Assembly: GCA_047495785.1 (NCBI GenBank)
Contig: JBLDXI010000042.1
Location: forward strand, 4,774,001 to 4,838,000
Reading direction: 5' to 3'
DNA from: Lepidodermella squamata
Taxonomy: Eukaryota > Animalia > Gastrotricha
DNA: 64,000 nt
Positions 1-12,637 of the stretch are shown piece by piece. The notes under the pieces are model-generated. The model ran no database searches and had not been told where the DNA came from. It saw only the letters and a list, made by a program, of their open reading frames with translations. How positions within the stretch are numbered: position 1 is the first letter of the stretch; each line of letters starts with the position of its first letter. Both the position numbers and the translations under genes were made by a program.

Positions 1-483
1 GAACCTCCATTAAAATCAGCGATACCTAAACTATATAATAAAGTTGGCGATTAGTTGATGGCATTGGAAATGGGCAGACACCAGCTGTCTCAGCCTTAGT
101 TTGCCCAGTGCGAAATATATGCAGGTTTTAAGAAAATTTTGATGTAAGTTTACACGACTTGACAGAAGACAAAAGACAGAATTCAATCGACAAAAATGGC
201 AAAGAAGAAAACAAACGGGTAGAATCGCCGCTGAAGCAATCATACATGCGGGTCTCACGCTCCCAAAGAGGCGAACTGTATCGACCAGAAGCCCGATGAT
301 GTAGGAAAAAAACGGAAAGGGGCTCACCGCTCACACTGGAAACCGGCAAACGCGATTTCCTTGGAACTGACGAGCAAGAAAAATCGCGCGCGCGAATTAT
401 TAAAAGTCAACACCAACTTTAAATTTTTGTCTGATAAATTAAGTTTAAATGAATATGTTTACCTTTGTATTGACATTTTTATA

Positions 484-881
484 TTACATCGATACAGTTG
501 CTAAGGGCGCTAAAAAGCTCAGCCGGTGTCGCGCTCCGGCGCGAGGTCCTGACTTCCTGAACTTACTTAGGTACTTAATTCTTGACCTATCGGTGATTGT
601 AGTCTTTCGCGTTGAAATAGTCAAGTGTTTCTCCTGGTTATCTGTTTATTGAACAAGTAATAGGGCTAATATTACCACGGTGTTATTACTTCCGTACCTT
701 GAATGATGCTGAACTCACTGAAATCATTTGAGCTATAGCCATAGAATATTCCACACAGACATTTTGACGTCCGCCTTTTTGGTGGTTCAAAGTTTATCCT
801 TATTGAAGTTTTGTCGATTTTCTTGTGCTTGTAGATGGTGTTGACTTGATATCCTACTATGGCGGTTAATTTTATGGACAT
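484..881 (-). CDS. Possible small 2-exon orphan gene (113 aa), overlapping head-to-head with exon 1 of the PP2D1-like gene
   Basis: ORF 881-698 ends CAAG|gtacgg; 56-nt GT-AG intron 697-642 (typical local size); in-phase exon 641-484 (DNQEKHLTISTRK...LATVSM*). No recognisable homology. Confidence 0.25.
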
Positions 882-3471
882 CGGAAAACTTGGCGCCAGG
901 GAGCAGACTACTCAAAGTATTTGCGGTTTTGTGCAATCTTTGTATTATCAATATATAATTTGCTGATTTAAGGTTTGCTTTCTGTGCCGCCGGACGTCGG
1001 CATATTTTGCAGCAAATGCCGCGAATTCATTCAAATAAACAAATTGCGTGATCATAGAGCTGCTCATAAAGCTCTGAGCATCTTCGGCTTCAGAAGTAAT
1101 GATGGTGTAGGCTGTTTATCGCTGATTCATTGCTTTCTATTGCCACACAGGAATGTCACAAGTCAAAACTCTCGATCAACTCGCGTTGAAGCGAGTAGAG
1201 TTGCAGCAGAATATTGCTAGGGAACATCGCTACACCGCCAACAACAAAGATCTATCCAGCAGTAGTCAATTTGAGCTGCCGGTGCTAAGAGCTCCTGGTT
1301 AGCGTGTATTTTCTATTTAACGAAACACGCGAACCTCTTTTTCTTCATTCAAGGTCGACCTAAGCCTCCAAACAGCTTGGATACCCTTGTTATGGCAAAG
1401 CGGGAATATCTGCTTATTGACGAAGCTTACCAGATAATTCGAGACTACTGCTTTTTCGACAAGAGTCCTTTCATTTTGAAGTAAGAATATAGACAATGTG
1501 CTTTAATATATACCTAGCGAAAACGACATTATTTACAGGCCTAAATCTGACGTTAGACACTGTGTTGGGTTACCTTCTCTTACCTCTGGAATATTAGCTG
1601 TTGGCGTCGCTGCTGATCAGAACGAAGCATATCGACCTACAATGGAAGACTGGTAACAGTTCATGCAATTAGCAACGTTCAGAATGTTATATAAAATGTA
1701 TATCATAGTCGGGTCTTTGTCGACCCATATGGGCCAGCTGAAGTTGGTGCCGCTATGTTTGGCATATTTGATGGCTATAACGGAACTAGGTCAGCTCATC
1801 CTTCAAAGTCAATTTGAATAATGTGAATATTTGTTTAATTGAACAGAGCTGCCAATTTTGTATGCAAATCGATTTCACATCTTCTGATGGAAGAACTCGC
1901 ACGACTAGACCCAAGTTTTACGGATAGCGCAAATCCAACCTCGGAAAATGAGGACTCATTCGCCAAAGAAATGGCTGAAAAGGCCGAAGTTTTGAAACTG
2001 GCGCGAAGTTTTACCGCAAATTTAGTCAGTTCAGCTCTACAAAGGCAGTCTCAGAGCGCCCCGCCTGGAGCTCGAAATATGCCAGTCGTCGAGGAAGATA
2101 AGCTAAACTCAACCGCCTCAACTGCCGAAGAGCTGCGAATAGTCAATTTACGCAAAGCTCTCGGTCGAAGTCTTATTCACGCCGATAAAAATCTCGCTAC
2201 GCATGGCGATGAAATGTCGCTGGTTCGCTGGAGCGGCTGTTCGGCAACGATTGGCCTGCTTCTACCAGATCGTTACGTAAATCCTGAAAACGTCGATTCA
2301 ACCGATTTAATGCTCTTCCTTGCTAACGTTGGCAATTGCCACGCTATGGTGATGGACGAAAGTAAACCGCGAATGTTATCGGAAGATCACAGTGTTGATA
2401 ACGCTAACGAAGTGAGGAAAGTCATTGAGCGGGGTGGGAAAATTACCGGAACTGGAACTAAAAAGTTGGTATGTGGCCTGTTGGCAACAACTCGTGGCAT
2501 TGGCAATTACGGCCAGCCTGATTTGCGTCGATCTGTGCTCTGCAGCCCTTACACAAATTTCTATCGAGTCTGCGGAAAATCTCAACTCGTGATTCTCGGC
2601 ACCCCAGGCCTTTGGTCTGTCCTCTCAAAAACCGAAGTGGCTACAATTATTGTTCAAGTAAGTTGATAACATTTCACTTGTTGATTTCTAAATTGACTTT
2701 TTTAGACTGTCACTTATTGCTGCTCAAAACTACCGGCTAAACCGACCCCTGCTACGCGGGCTACAACTCAGCTATTGCCTCAGGACACAGCTCTAGCCGC
2801 CCCAAGCCCGGGCGGGGAAATGACGAAGCCACTTCAGGTGGGCGAAATTGTCACTTCAAACAACCGAAAAGAGGCCGAGGAGGATGTGGATCAAGTTGCG
2901 ATGAGTTTCGATGCGAATATCGCAGCTAAGCAACAACAAGCTGAACAACTGCGAGAAGTCGACGAGGATGAGGAGTCGAATGCAAGCGGCAAATCTTCAC
3001 CGCCTAAAGCGTGGTGGGAGCGAAATTTGACCAAGGATTTGCCAAGTTTGACAGAACAGCCGTTTGCTGGCTCAGCTAAGCCGAGTGAAGAGCGGCGGAC
3101 GAGTAATTCGGAGCAAAAATCTAGTGAATTTATTGTTCCAGCCAGAATCAATCAGGAAGAAGTTGAAGTTGCGAGGACAATTGCGTTGAACTTGGCCAGT
3201 GCTGCTCTTTTGGTGAGTATTCACTATGGGAAATTTTTCAAAACAAAATTATTTAAATCATTTATAAGGTATTTAGTTCTTAATTAAGCTTAAAATTGCT
3301 TGGAAAATTACTCCAATTTTCAACAATTTTGTGAATTTATAGGCTGGTTCGCAAGATAACATAACCGTGCTGTGCATGCTGCTTCCAAACTGGAAAAGCC
3401 TGTCCGAGGTTCATAACAAGCCCATGGTTGCGCCGCTGCCAAATGTACCAACCGCCCTTCAATTCAGCTAA
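859..3471 (+). CDS. PP2D1: PP2C-like domain protein (PP2D1-like, probably a pseudophosphatase), 9 exons
   Basis: Phase-consistent exons 859-916, 973-1104, 1151-1297, 1354-1480, 1539-1652, 1709-1789, 1847-2657, 2706-3212, 3343-3471. PPM motifs RPTMED, FGIFDGYNG, ANVGNC, TRGIGN, GTPGLWS, GSQDNITV. N-terminal CSKC-x11-H-x3-H. AATAAA at 3672-3677. Confidence 0.8.
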
Positions 3472-5761
3472 AAAAACTCATACATTGTGCCAAGTGAAAT
3501 CATCGCCAAATTTTTTATCATGTGATGCCTTATTGGGAATATTATCCGTATTTTACAGACTTGTGCCAGAATTTTAGTTGGATAATTATTATATTTTCTA
3601 ACTATTTTTAGCTTGCTGTTTAAAGCGTGTGATCAGCTCGGCGACTTAAATTCATACCTGGAATGTTGGAAAATAAAACTGCTGCTCATTTCAACTTTTT
3701 TAATTTTATCAAATGAAATTTCTTGAGGTCAATTGCTTATTTATGACGCAACGGAATAGCCCACAAAAATAACCTCAATGAGCAACAAGTAACATACGTA
3801 GTTAAAAAACGAGACTCTTTCAAGTTCAAATTCCTATGATTTACCATTTCGTGAGGTTTGAAGAAGAAAGCTTGGAGACGGTTTGTGCTTAATTCAACCT
3901 GCTTCAAATACCATTTCAGTTGATCGGCAAGCGATTTTATTTTAATTTGAAATGGTTGAAAGAGGACTTCCAGAGCAATAGGCCTTCATCCACAGCAGTT
4001 TTCACATTTCTGGCCTTTTCAGTCTATCACTCACGTTTTTCAATGGCTAATAGCAAAAACATTCATTCTTCACACGTTTACAACTCGGATATCTAAGATG
4101 GAATATTACTTGCGATAAGAATTTCCAGGTTTATCTGATGGGTCTTGATAAATGAAGCTGCACTATCTTTTGATGATTAAAATTATATAATGAAAAACTT
4201 GACCTCTTAGTCATAATGTGAGGTTCACTTATCTGTAGGAGCGCATTTTTCTGTTACAATTATTTTCTCTCTGAATGGTGACGTCAAAACCCTAACGGCT
4301 GAATACTTCGGTTATAATAAGATACTGAATTCACGAAAAGCCAAGATAATGCCGGCTGCCCGTAAGTTAGTTTGCACTGTACTCTCACCCTATTTTCTAC
4401 GCCAATGCGTAGGCAGAGCTTTATCGCCTGAACGTGAAACAAGTAGGTGAAAGCATTCTACGATAACGCCGGCTTGTTATCGTTTTATAAACCTAAAATT
4501 GCTGACGGTAAATTTTAACAGTGTCTCTGCTGAGCTGACCTAAAAATGAAGTTGCGTTCCTGTTTTTAAAGTTTTGATAAAATTCAAAAAAACTCCACGG
4601 CAAATCACGGGTCCATTTTATTTGCTGCAACATTTCATGCGCTAAATGACATAGGTAACGAAAAACAGCGAGTGTTACACAGCCAGATGGAAGAAAAACC
4701 CCTCAAAACACCACATTTCTCCATCGAAACATTGGGTAAGGAAGAAAAAGAATGAAAAAATCAACGCCGCAAACACAATGGAGTACAACGAGGCATCGAA
4801 ACAAGAAACAATTTCCCAACATAAAATAAGAACAACTCAAGATTGCGGCTCTAGTAATTAATTAAAAAAATTAAAATCGGGGAAGGAAAAATGAATCAGA
4901 ACAACGCTAACGCAACAGTGTAACATGAATAGTAAAAAAACGATGATCGAAAGCAGTGGGTACATTCATGTTCAATTTCTTAATCTCGACTTAACGCGAC
5001 CTCTGACTATAACGGTAATAACGGGTCGAGTTATCAATTTGAAGTTTCAAAAATCACAGACGCGATTTTAAAGCGCGAATCTATACAATTGCGGTTATAC
5101 AATTAATACTCGGGTCCGTATACTTTAAAAATGGAACGAAGAAACGTTGGACAGCAGTTGGCAGCGACTTACAGCCGCTTCACCGTGTTAAATCATGAAA
5201 AAAGATGGGGTTATAAGAAACGATTGTAATTTTTTCGTGTTAATGTCACTGGAAGAAGGTAGCCGTAAAATATAGAATGCTTTGTCTTAAAAAAATTGCA
5301 ACGACTGAATCGCTAAAAGTTGTAACCGAGAGCAAGGAAAATCGGTTGGCGGCGGAAAAAAATATCGTAAATTTTTTTCGAAGAAAGAACGATGATATCT
5401 GTTAAAGCTTACTGAAATGACGTACACCAGCAAATTTTCGAGCCCATTTTCGTGATTTAGCCATAAATCAACAAGTAAATTAAAAATTCAGTATAAAAAT
5501 GTTGCTTAGTAAATCTCGAATGTAATTATAAAAATTCCACCTTAAAAATTTTAATTTCGAATTTTTATGAATAATCCTCTAATTTCTAGATCAAATATTC
5601 TAAACGGCTTTTTCACAAAATAAGAGTCAAAATTTGCTGGAAGTACCATCTTCTTACGCCTTAATAACCCAATTAGTCAAAAGAAACAAGAACTAAACAC
5701 GGACTAACAACAAAATCTAAAATATTTCCTGCATTTGAGCGATTAGAAGAGTCGATTATTT

Positions 5762-8136
5762 TCATGCATCAGCATGGCCATTCGCGTGATTGTGGCCATT
5801 TCCATTGCTATTGCCATTGCCGTTGACAACCACCGGCTCAGCAGGCGTGTTCATCGGCGTTTCATGACCGCCTTCCTCCTGCGCGTTGGCCGAGCGAGTC
5901 CGGCGGTCGTGGCGCTCCTTCTCCCATTTCGCCAACCAACGGCAAGGCAAGCAAATCAAACCAGACATTGCGAGAACAACGCCGCTGATGTAGAAAACGT
6001 TGTCGAAACCCGTCGCAGTCATAATACCGGCAAGAATCGGCCCGCCAACGAATGCGGCAATGCCCATGAACAGCAGCAAGAAGCCATAGGCAGCCGTTAG
6101 TTTTTCAATGCCGAGCAAATCTACGACGATGATCGACCTCAGCGAAATGAAGGGCGAAATGGCGATTCCGAAAGCGACAGCGTAAACGTAGAAAACAACA
6201 GCGCCGTACGGGGCTAATAACGGCAGGGCGATGTTTAAAGCCCCGGAAATGATCATCGACCAATTGGTGATCGCCAACGAATCAGCCCACGGCTGGTCAG
6301 ATAACACACCACACAGAACACGACCGACGCCATTTGAAATAGCGATCGAATTGATGATCCAGAGACCTTCTGTCGGGGTCATACCGCATTTTTGTCCGTA
6401 GGATGAGCCGAAGAAAAACGGCGTGAAAAAGCCCAACATTCCGAGAAAAGCCGCCGTGCAAAGCAGCAGGAAAGTAGGCGACGACAGCAGGGTAACGTCG
6501 AAAGTGGCCAGCAATGCGTCTCGGATCGATTTCGTTTTAATCAAGCGGAAACAGCAGGTTGCTTCCTCGGTATCAGCGACTCCATCGACGGTATCGTGCG
6601 GGATTGCCATGACTGATTGCGTGTAGACTGCGTCGGCGTCAGCCCCGGTCGCAGCGGCAACGGCCTGAGCATCGCGATACGCCTTGGTCGATTGCACATT
6701 TCCGGTGAAGTACGCATCTTGCCGGTACAAAATGCCGGAGCCGAGCGGTAACTGCTGCAACTGCAGCTTCGAGCCGTTTTGAATCGAAACCGACGATTGG
6801 TGTAAACTGCGGCGAGAAACATGCAGGAAAGAATGAACCCGAGTTTGGCTTTGAGCCCTCGGAACTCCGTCGTGGTCAGAACTAGCGGGCGATAAGGCGA
6901 AATTGCCCGGGGCAGCGGCTGCTAGCGGAATTCCACCAGCTGAATCAGGGACTTCAGCCGACTTCCGGCCAGATTTATTCAGCGATAACTGACTAGCTCC
7001 ATCGACTTTGACAATCTTGTTGTCCTTTGTAATCATGCAGTTGTCGAGAGAGCCGCGTGAAATCGCGCGTTGGCGCCGTTTTTCTTCAATTATTTTCTGG
7101 ATGATGAACTGCTGTTCGTCTGTGGTACCAGGAGCGGCTAAGCCGTTAGGCTCGCATTGCTCCTCCTCGGTCACGACTAGTTGCTCAATAACGAGCTCCG
7201 GCAGTGGCCGGAACAAGGCGCCGAAAGCACAGCAGTGGAACACAACACCAGCACAGATGATCAACACCCCGCGCCAGCTGCCGTAGTACTCGAATAAAGT
7301 CAGCATCATTGAACCTTGAATAGCAACGTAAAAAACTGCTAATTATCGAGGAAAGTAAAGCATACTTAGCGCGAATGTGCCGACGCATGAGCCACAGACA
7401 GTAATTCCAGTTGCAGTGGCACGTTTCTTGTCAAAATAGAACCCAACAGCCAAAATCTATAAAAATAATTAAATTGTATATTTTCTCGACTTCACGGATA
7501 GAAAAATTACCGATGGACTGTAAATGAGGGTAAACGCCACGCCACCAACAATGCCGTACAAAAACATGAGTGCATAGAAACTTTTGACGAAAGCTGACGC
7601 CAGGAAAGCGAAACATCCCATCAAACCACCGGCAACAACAAGCGGTCGAGGTCCATACAAATTCAGCAAAGCGCTGGCAAGAGGGGCTAAAAATAAACGT
7701 TTGATATTAACTAGCCAAGTAGGTTTAATTGTCACTAACCAAGAGATAGGTAAAGTCCAGGTATCAAGCTACCCATTATTTGGATTTCGTAAGGTTTAAC
7801 TTCAGGAAATTCGTCAGCAAACGTTTTCCGCATAATATCGAATGAAAACATGATACCGTCGACAATAAAATTGCAGAAGAAGGCTCCGATTACGACAATC
7901 CAACCCCAGCCGCCATCGGGAGCTTTCGGCTGATTCGCATTCAGAAGTACTTCGCTTTGAATTGCCTCAAGGTCGACGTCTTGGCCATTCGGCTCCGGAG
8001 TTTTACCGTTGGCTTTGCCGTTACCGTTGGCATTACCATTACCGTTTCCATTTGCTTTCTCGTGTCCGTTCTCAACCTTGCCATTTTTGTTGCCCAGAAG
8101 GCTCATTTGAACCTCCTCGTCCACAGATGTCGTCAT
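5762..8136 (-). CDS. Monocarboxylate transporter (SLC16/MFS family), 4 coding exons
   Basis: Exons 8136-7740, 7686-7511, 7456-7366, 7314-5762 (introns 51-54 nt). SLC16 signatures APDGGWGWIVV, GFYFDKKRATATGI, YGSWRG, GRVLCGVLSD; about 12 TM segments with a large central loop. Confidence 0.93.
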
Positions 8137-9550
8137 TGTAGGACGTTATCGTGTCAACCCGATTTTTAATTTAGTATCGGGCAAAGATAAACAAGCACCT
8201 AGGAAAGGAAGAAATTCCCGTAATATATGTGTGGCAAGAGAGTAGTTGAAATCAAAACAAGAAACAACCACTATGCGAAACGCGAAACTATGCACTTTTC
8301 CAATTATGCACGTTGTACTTCATGTTTGAGCCTTCCTCCTATAGGATAAGAAACCTTAGCCCAAGGGTAAGAAACGAGCTTCAATCTAAAAATTAAAATG
8401 ATGGATGCATGAACTGAGATATGAGATTGCAAAAGGGAAACGGGTCAGGTGAAACCAGAGCTCAACAACAACTGGAAGCCTGATGAGAAAAGACTGCAGC
8501 GGCGTTACGGCTTTACACGGCTGCAGCTCGAAAACCGCACAAATCCCGCGCAAAAAGCGGCTCAAAAGCTTGACGATCGCACTACAACTATTTTCTCAAA
8601 ATTATTACATCATTTTACTTATTTTCTGCTCTAATAAATGGAACGCAAATAAAAAAGGATAATTATCCGTGAAAACAAAATTAAAGCAAATTTAGATAAA
8701 ACAGCTGATTCGAAAAATGAAGGCGCTTTTCAGTTCGAAGTCCGCGCGGTTTACGAGACCCTGATGAACACTGACTTTGCGATTTGCGATCGGCTTTTCG
8801 TCGATACATGCTTGTTGTCGATGTTTCAGCTGATACATTTTTCAGGCTGTTCCTGTTTGTAGTGTTCATTTTCGTTTTGACATGCTTGATTGAATCTTGA
8901 GCGATTCTACTCACCGTTGATATCGCATGTCTTGTTTGCTCTAGGACAAAAATGACTGCGGTTGTTTCTTTCCTGTAGCATCTGATATTCAATATTTTCA
9001 TAAGTTTTGTGCCTATGTCTTTGCGTTAAGATAACTCGTTCCTCTTGTTAACGTAAACGTTTTAAGGCTTCAAGCTTTCCAGTTAACTAATTTTCAGGAC
9101 AGTTCAAAAGCCGTGTAATTGAAGGTTATGCCATGAGTTGCGCATTTAAGATTTTGCGGGGTCTGGGGATGTGAAATGCTACGGCCGAGAAAATAAATAC
9201 CGCCCAAAGCACAGTTCAATATTAGTGATCTTGCTAACTACAAAAAGAAATAAGCTAATTGACAGTGAAACTGGCGATGCGTCAAGTAAGAAGTTTCTTT
9301 TGCGTTTTCAAGTCAGACGAAAGAAAAGTTCCTTCGCCGGGCGCCGGGCTAATACCTACTTCACTACCACTATGATGCAAAATCACTGCAACGGACTTGC
9401 ATTGCGAGCTTGCATTTCGCGAATAGCGTTCTTTTCATTTATGTTCAACCGAATCCTATTTTCTCTCGCTTAGTATCAGGAATTAGATGCTTAGTAAGAT
9501 TAAAAAACTCTTTTCACGTGACAATCGGATTTTCCGACCATAACTACTTA

Positions 9551-9987
9551 CCGTATTTCATCAAATAATAGCCATGGCTACTATTTTTTCCGAAACTCCG
9601 AAAATGGTCCAAAAAAAGAGCCAATTATTGGAGGGGGCTATTATTCGAGGGGGGCTATTATTTATTGGCAATTGGCAAATTTCACCATCGCAAGTCGTTT
9701 CCGTGGTTGACTTCTCTGTTGTCTGACCCACGCTGCTATTCTCTCCTGGACATCCGCAAACAGCGGCTTACGTCCACCACCTCTAATCCGCTTAGCAGTT
9801 GTAGACGACGAAATTAGGACAGCTTTGTCCCTCCACCAGCGCGCCACCTGCTTCGGACAAGGCAAGGCGTGGCTATTATTCGAGGCGGGCTATTATTTAG
9901 TTTTAAATGCCGAAAACAGCCGAAAATTTCAGGCTATTATTCGAGGGGGCTTTTATTTGAGGGAGGCTATTAATCGATGAAATACGG
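9551..9987 (-). mobile_element. Non-autonomous Tc1/mariner-superfamily (pogo/Tc2-like) DNA transposon, 437 bp
   Basis: 23-bp TIRs CCGTATTTCATC(A/G)A(A/T)TAATAGCC (21/23 match), flanked by TA at 9549-9550 and 9988-9989. Multiple internal GGCTATTATTCGAGG repeats. Minus-strand remnant KQVARWWRDK...GGGRKPLFADVQERIAAWVRQQR resembles a CENP-B/pogo HTH. Confidence 0.88.
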
Positions 9988-10064
9988 TACATTCCAGCCA
10001 AACGCGAGCTTGCAATTATTGAAATTTTATACAGGTTCATTTACTTGATTTAATAATCGAAATC

Positions 10065-10938
10065 ATGGCCAGTGGTTTGCGTGTTCTGGTTGGATGCAAG
10101 CGCGTAATTGATTATGCAGTTAAAGTTCGCGTCAAGGCCGACAAAAGCGGCGTTGTAACTGACGGTGTCAAGCACTCAATGAATCCGTTTGATGAAATTG
10201 CCGTCGAAGAAGCTCTGCGGATGAAAGAAAAGAAAATCGCCTCCGAAGTTATCGCTGTTTCTTGCGGGCCTGTTGCTTGTCAGGTGAGCATTTCTTGATT
10301 AAGATTTGCAAATTTCTAACTGCAATACACAGGAGACACTGAGAACCGCACTTGCAATGGGTGCTGATCGAGCTGTTCACGTTGAAATTCCTGATGCTCA
10401 ATACACCAAGGCATCACCGCTTCATTTCGCCAAGCTGATCGCCAAAGTCGCTCAGGAAGAAAAAGCCGACATTGTCGTTGTCGGAAAGCAAGCAATTGAT
10501 GGCGACAACGGCCAGACCGGTCAAATGATTGCTGGTATTTTGGACTGGCCTCAAGTTACCAACATTTCAAAGGTCGAAAAGATCGATGATAAGAAGTTCA
10601 AGGTAATGACTGTTATTAATTGTCAGACGGCGAATTTTTAGTCTATTTGAAAGGTAACTCGCGAAATTGACGGTGGCTTGGAAACAGTTTCGACTTCTAT
10701 TCCGGCAGTTCTGACTGCGGATTTGCGTCTTAACGAGCCACGCTATGCAACCCTACCGAACATCATGAAAGCTAAAAAGAAGCCGATTGCAAAGAAGACA
10801 CCGGCTGATCTGAAGGTAGATCTTACGCCTCGGCATGAAATTACCAATGTCGAGGAACCACCAGTGCGGCAGGGTGGTAAGAAGGTCGAAAACGTCGAAA
10901 CTCTCGTTCAAAACTTGCAGAAGCTCGGCGTCATATAA
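10065..10938 (+). CDS. ETFB: Electron transfer flavoprotein subunit beta, 3 exons
   Basis: Exons 10065-10283, 10333-10602, 10654-10938. [58 protein letters not shown] are diagnostic. Confidence 0.98.
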
Positions 10939-11216
10939 AAATATATCTGAAAAGTACACAGCGATCGTTCACGTTTCAGTTGCTTGAAAAACACCTGTTG
11001 TGAAGACTTGAAAAATTGTGCTTGGCCCTTAATGAAGTAAAATACCACTCAGTGATACCCTAATAATTATATTGCTGCGGTAGAAATAAAATCAAGCCGT
11101 TTGCCAGTTTATTTGATTTTCTATGATTCCTAATAACTTAGCGAGGTTTTTCATTTTCCATAAATTACACAAGAATAATTCACCGTTACTGTTAGGATTG
11201 ATCAAATTGATTTAGT

Positions 11217-12396
11217 TCATTGTTGTAAGGCGAAAGGAGCTTTGCGCAGTCTAGGGTCGATGAATTCAGTCCGGTGTTCGCTTTGGAACAAATCGACTTG
11301 TTGCTGAAGTCCAGGTAAGTCGAGCTCGCGCTGATGATGAGGGAAAGCTCGTGGAACTCGATCTGTAATAAAGATTAATAACATCGTAATTTAATTTCCA
11401 ACATGAGACCCGGGAGAAATTTTTCTGCGGAAGAACTACTTATAGATTTTGCATCGGTCAGAGTTGCTTCATAGTTTCAAACTTATTTATGTTTAACTGT
11501 TGTCACTTATGATTTTGTCCTGACGCGTAAACCAAAAGGTATCGCCGCCCCAAGCACGTCGCACACTTAACCCGTTTTAACCTACCGTCCTTTATTTGGG
11601 ACGCACTTTTTTGAAGCCGGATATAACTACGTTAAGCACGAAATAAGCCTATTCCTGGGGTTTATAATCATTGGGAATGATGTTGAGAAGCTACAGAAAA
11701 AAAAATTACACTCACTGCTATTACCTAACCTAAGATACGCATATTGTCATAAATCAAACATCCTTCAAATGGTTTGAGCATCTATTACTGAAATGTTAGC
11801 ATAACACAAGCTCTGTAGTCAAAGTTGATCGTATTTCGATGGTTTTACAGCGTTAAATTGGTAGATATGGCCCGTTGAAAACTCTGAGGTCGCAAGGTGA
11901 AAACCTCATAGGTATGTTACAAGTTACAAGAATTATTAGCGATTCTAAGTTCAAAAAATCATCGCACGCAAATATAACGCTCTCAGAACATTCTAACGGG
12001 TTTCGTAGACAATCGATTTTAATAAATATAAACAAGGGAGCCATACCAGTCAAAGATGGATTCGATTGCTTGCAAGGTACTGGTTTAGCGTCGTAGCTGG
12101 TATGGTAAGTTGTTTGATAGGCGTAACTGGTCTGTCAAAATATTGGATAGAAGCAGAACATCTTTATCGAAAGATAAATCATACATCACTGGGCAAACAT
12201 CTAGAGCGCGAAACCCATTTTTTGTCTGCTCTTTCTTCGGTCCAATTATCCATTCTAACACAATGAAACAAGAAAATGTAGCTATTCATAGCACCTAGAT
12301 TCAAGTATTCACTTACAATACTTCATTTCTGTAATGGTGGGTCTCTTGCCAACCAGCATTTTGACCATGAGGCAAAGCGGCGTTCGCAGAATACAT
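11217..12396 (-). CDS. CFAP68: CFAP68 / C11orf1 (UPF0686) axonemal microtubule inner protein, 126 aa, 4 exons
   Basis: Exons 12396-12317, 12254-12185, 12131-12047, 11362-11217, all phase-consistent. Protein ...YRNEVLMDNWTEERADKKW...LPSD-TSYAYQTTYHTSY...RVPRAFPHHQRELDLP... matches the C11orf1 pattern LMGNWxxER, ETTYxxSY, FPGHQPELD (recalled, not searched). Confidence 0.85.
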
Positions 12397-12623
12397 GAGT
12401 TGATCGGCGCGTCACGCGTAATTAAACAACAAAACTATAAGAAAGAGAAGCTTTTTTGAATAAAAAATGGATGGATTTTAGATCACATGCCACCAATTGT
12501 GGTGTTTTAACATATTTCGATGGGTTGATACGAGAGAAAACTTGTCACCGATAACTTTTAGTTAGGCGCAGAGATGGCACAACAAAGCATAAGAACTTAA
12601 ACCATGGTCTACAACAAAATAAC

Positions 12624-12637
12624 GTCTCCATGGTTAT
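12624..12637. promoter_or_regulatory. Candidate RFX X-box upstream of CFAP68
   Basis: GTCTCCATGGTTAT, close to the X-box consensus GTYNCCATGGNAAC, about 230 bp upstream of the CFAP68 ATG. Confidence 0.4.

Noticed and set aside
1-422. Purine-rich coding-like stretch on the + strand and two short minus ORFs
   Set aside because: Interrupted by stops and no recognisable motif; it may be the tail of an upstream gene but cannot be supported.
8681-9473. 106-aa and 100-aa ORFs between MCT and ETFB
   Set aside because: No homology or coherent exon chain; more likely 5' UTR or promoter sequence.
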